Shown piece by piece: positions 63,516 to 64,000 of a DNA stretch of 64,000 nt. Every line of letters starts with the position of its first letter. The stretch's first letter is position 1. The position numbers were made by a program, and so were the translations under genes. Source of the DNA: the human T2T-CHM13v2.0 reference genome, Homo sapiens. The stretch lies in assembly GCF_009914755.1 (NCBI RefSeq), contig NC_060930.1. One strand, given 5' to 3'. The notes beneath the pieces were generated by a model. It ran no database searches. It worked only from the letters and a program-made list of their open reading frames with translations, and had not been told where the DNA came from.

Positions 63516-63632
63516 GTTCAGTGTACAAAACCTGAGTGTAGAAAATGGAGGCAGCTTACCAAGGAAATCCAGCTTACTCCACAGATAGCCAAGACTTATC
63601 GATGCGGTATGAAACCAAATACTGCTATTAAG
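63516..63632 (+). CDS. KDM1B: KDM1B coding exon (117 nt), VQCTKPECRKWRQLTKEIQLTPQIAKTYRCGMKPNTAIK; CW-type zinc finger; gene continues beyond the window
   Basis: tctag|GTT ... AAG|gtatgt; W-VQC-xxx-C-xKWR CW signature across the junction. Confidence 0.96.
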
Positions 63633-64000
63633 GTATGTTCTCTTTTTGCTTTTGAGTTAATTGATATATTAATGTAGTCAGTAAATAGTAATGGTGTATA
63701 TGTTTTTCATGTATTGTGTTGATCATTCTGTCAAGGTTGTATTTGCATGCATGTAATAGAACCCCAACTATAATGGCTTAACCAATTAAGGATTTTACTT
63801 TTCCGTCATTATAAGCAGTTAAGACATAGGTAAGCAGTTAAGACATAGGCTGTCCAGGGTTGGTTTTGTTGCCCAAGGAAATCTCTTTGTAGCTTCCACT
63901 CCAGCCACCTGTAGTCTAACTTCATCCTGAAGGCCACAAGGTAGTTGCTATACCACCAGTCATGTGTCCAAATCCTAAGCAGAAAAGGGGGAAAGGTCAA

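Overview
Human-type (primate, Alu-dense) genomic DNA recognisable from the encoded proteins as the chr6p22.3 NHLRC1-TPMT-KDM1B locus. It contains three genes. NHLRC1 (malin, RING plus NHL-repeat E3 ligase) is intronless on the minus strand at 13589-14776. TPMT is complete on the minus strand: a non-coding exon 1, eight coding exons that I spliced by hand to 738 nt / 245 aa, and a ~2.35 kb 3'UTR with three candidate polyA sites. The first seven exons of KDM1B/LSD2 are on the plus strand (178 codons, running off the window). TPMT and KDM1B lie head-to-head on one CpG island carrying the TPMT VNTR (A2B2C) and a (GCC)6 repeat. The rest is Alu, L1, MIR, solo LTRs and DNA-transposon relics, and almost all ORFs in the supplied track are repeat artefacts. 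I found no foreign or wholly new gene system. The best leads are: (i) the spliced KDM1B leader is open and in frame with the CDS and has a CUG in optimal context (possible 54-aa Arg-rich N-terminal extension), plus an AUG-UAA start-stop overlapping the main AUG; (ii) a two-uORF arrangement in the TPMT leader; (iii) an Oct-Sox-bearing solo LTR pointing at KDM1B; (iv) fold-back palindromes and odd mini-insertions at Alu junctions. Repeat subfamily names and allele names are from recall and were not searched.
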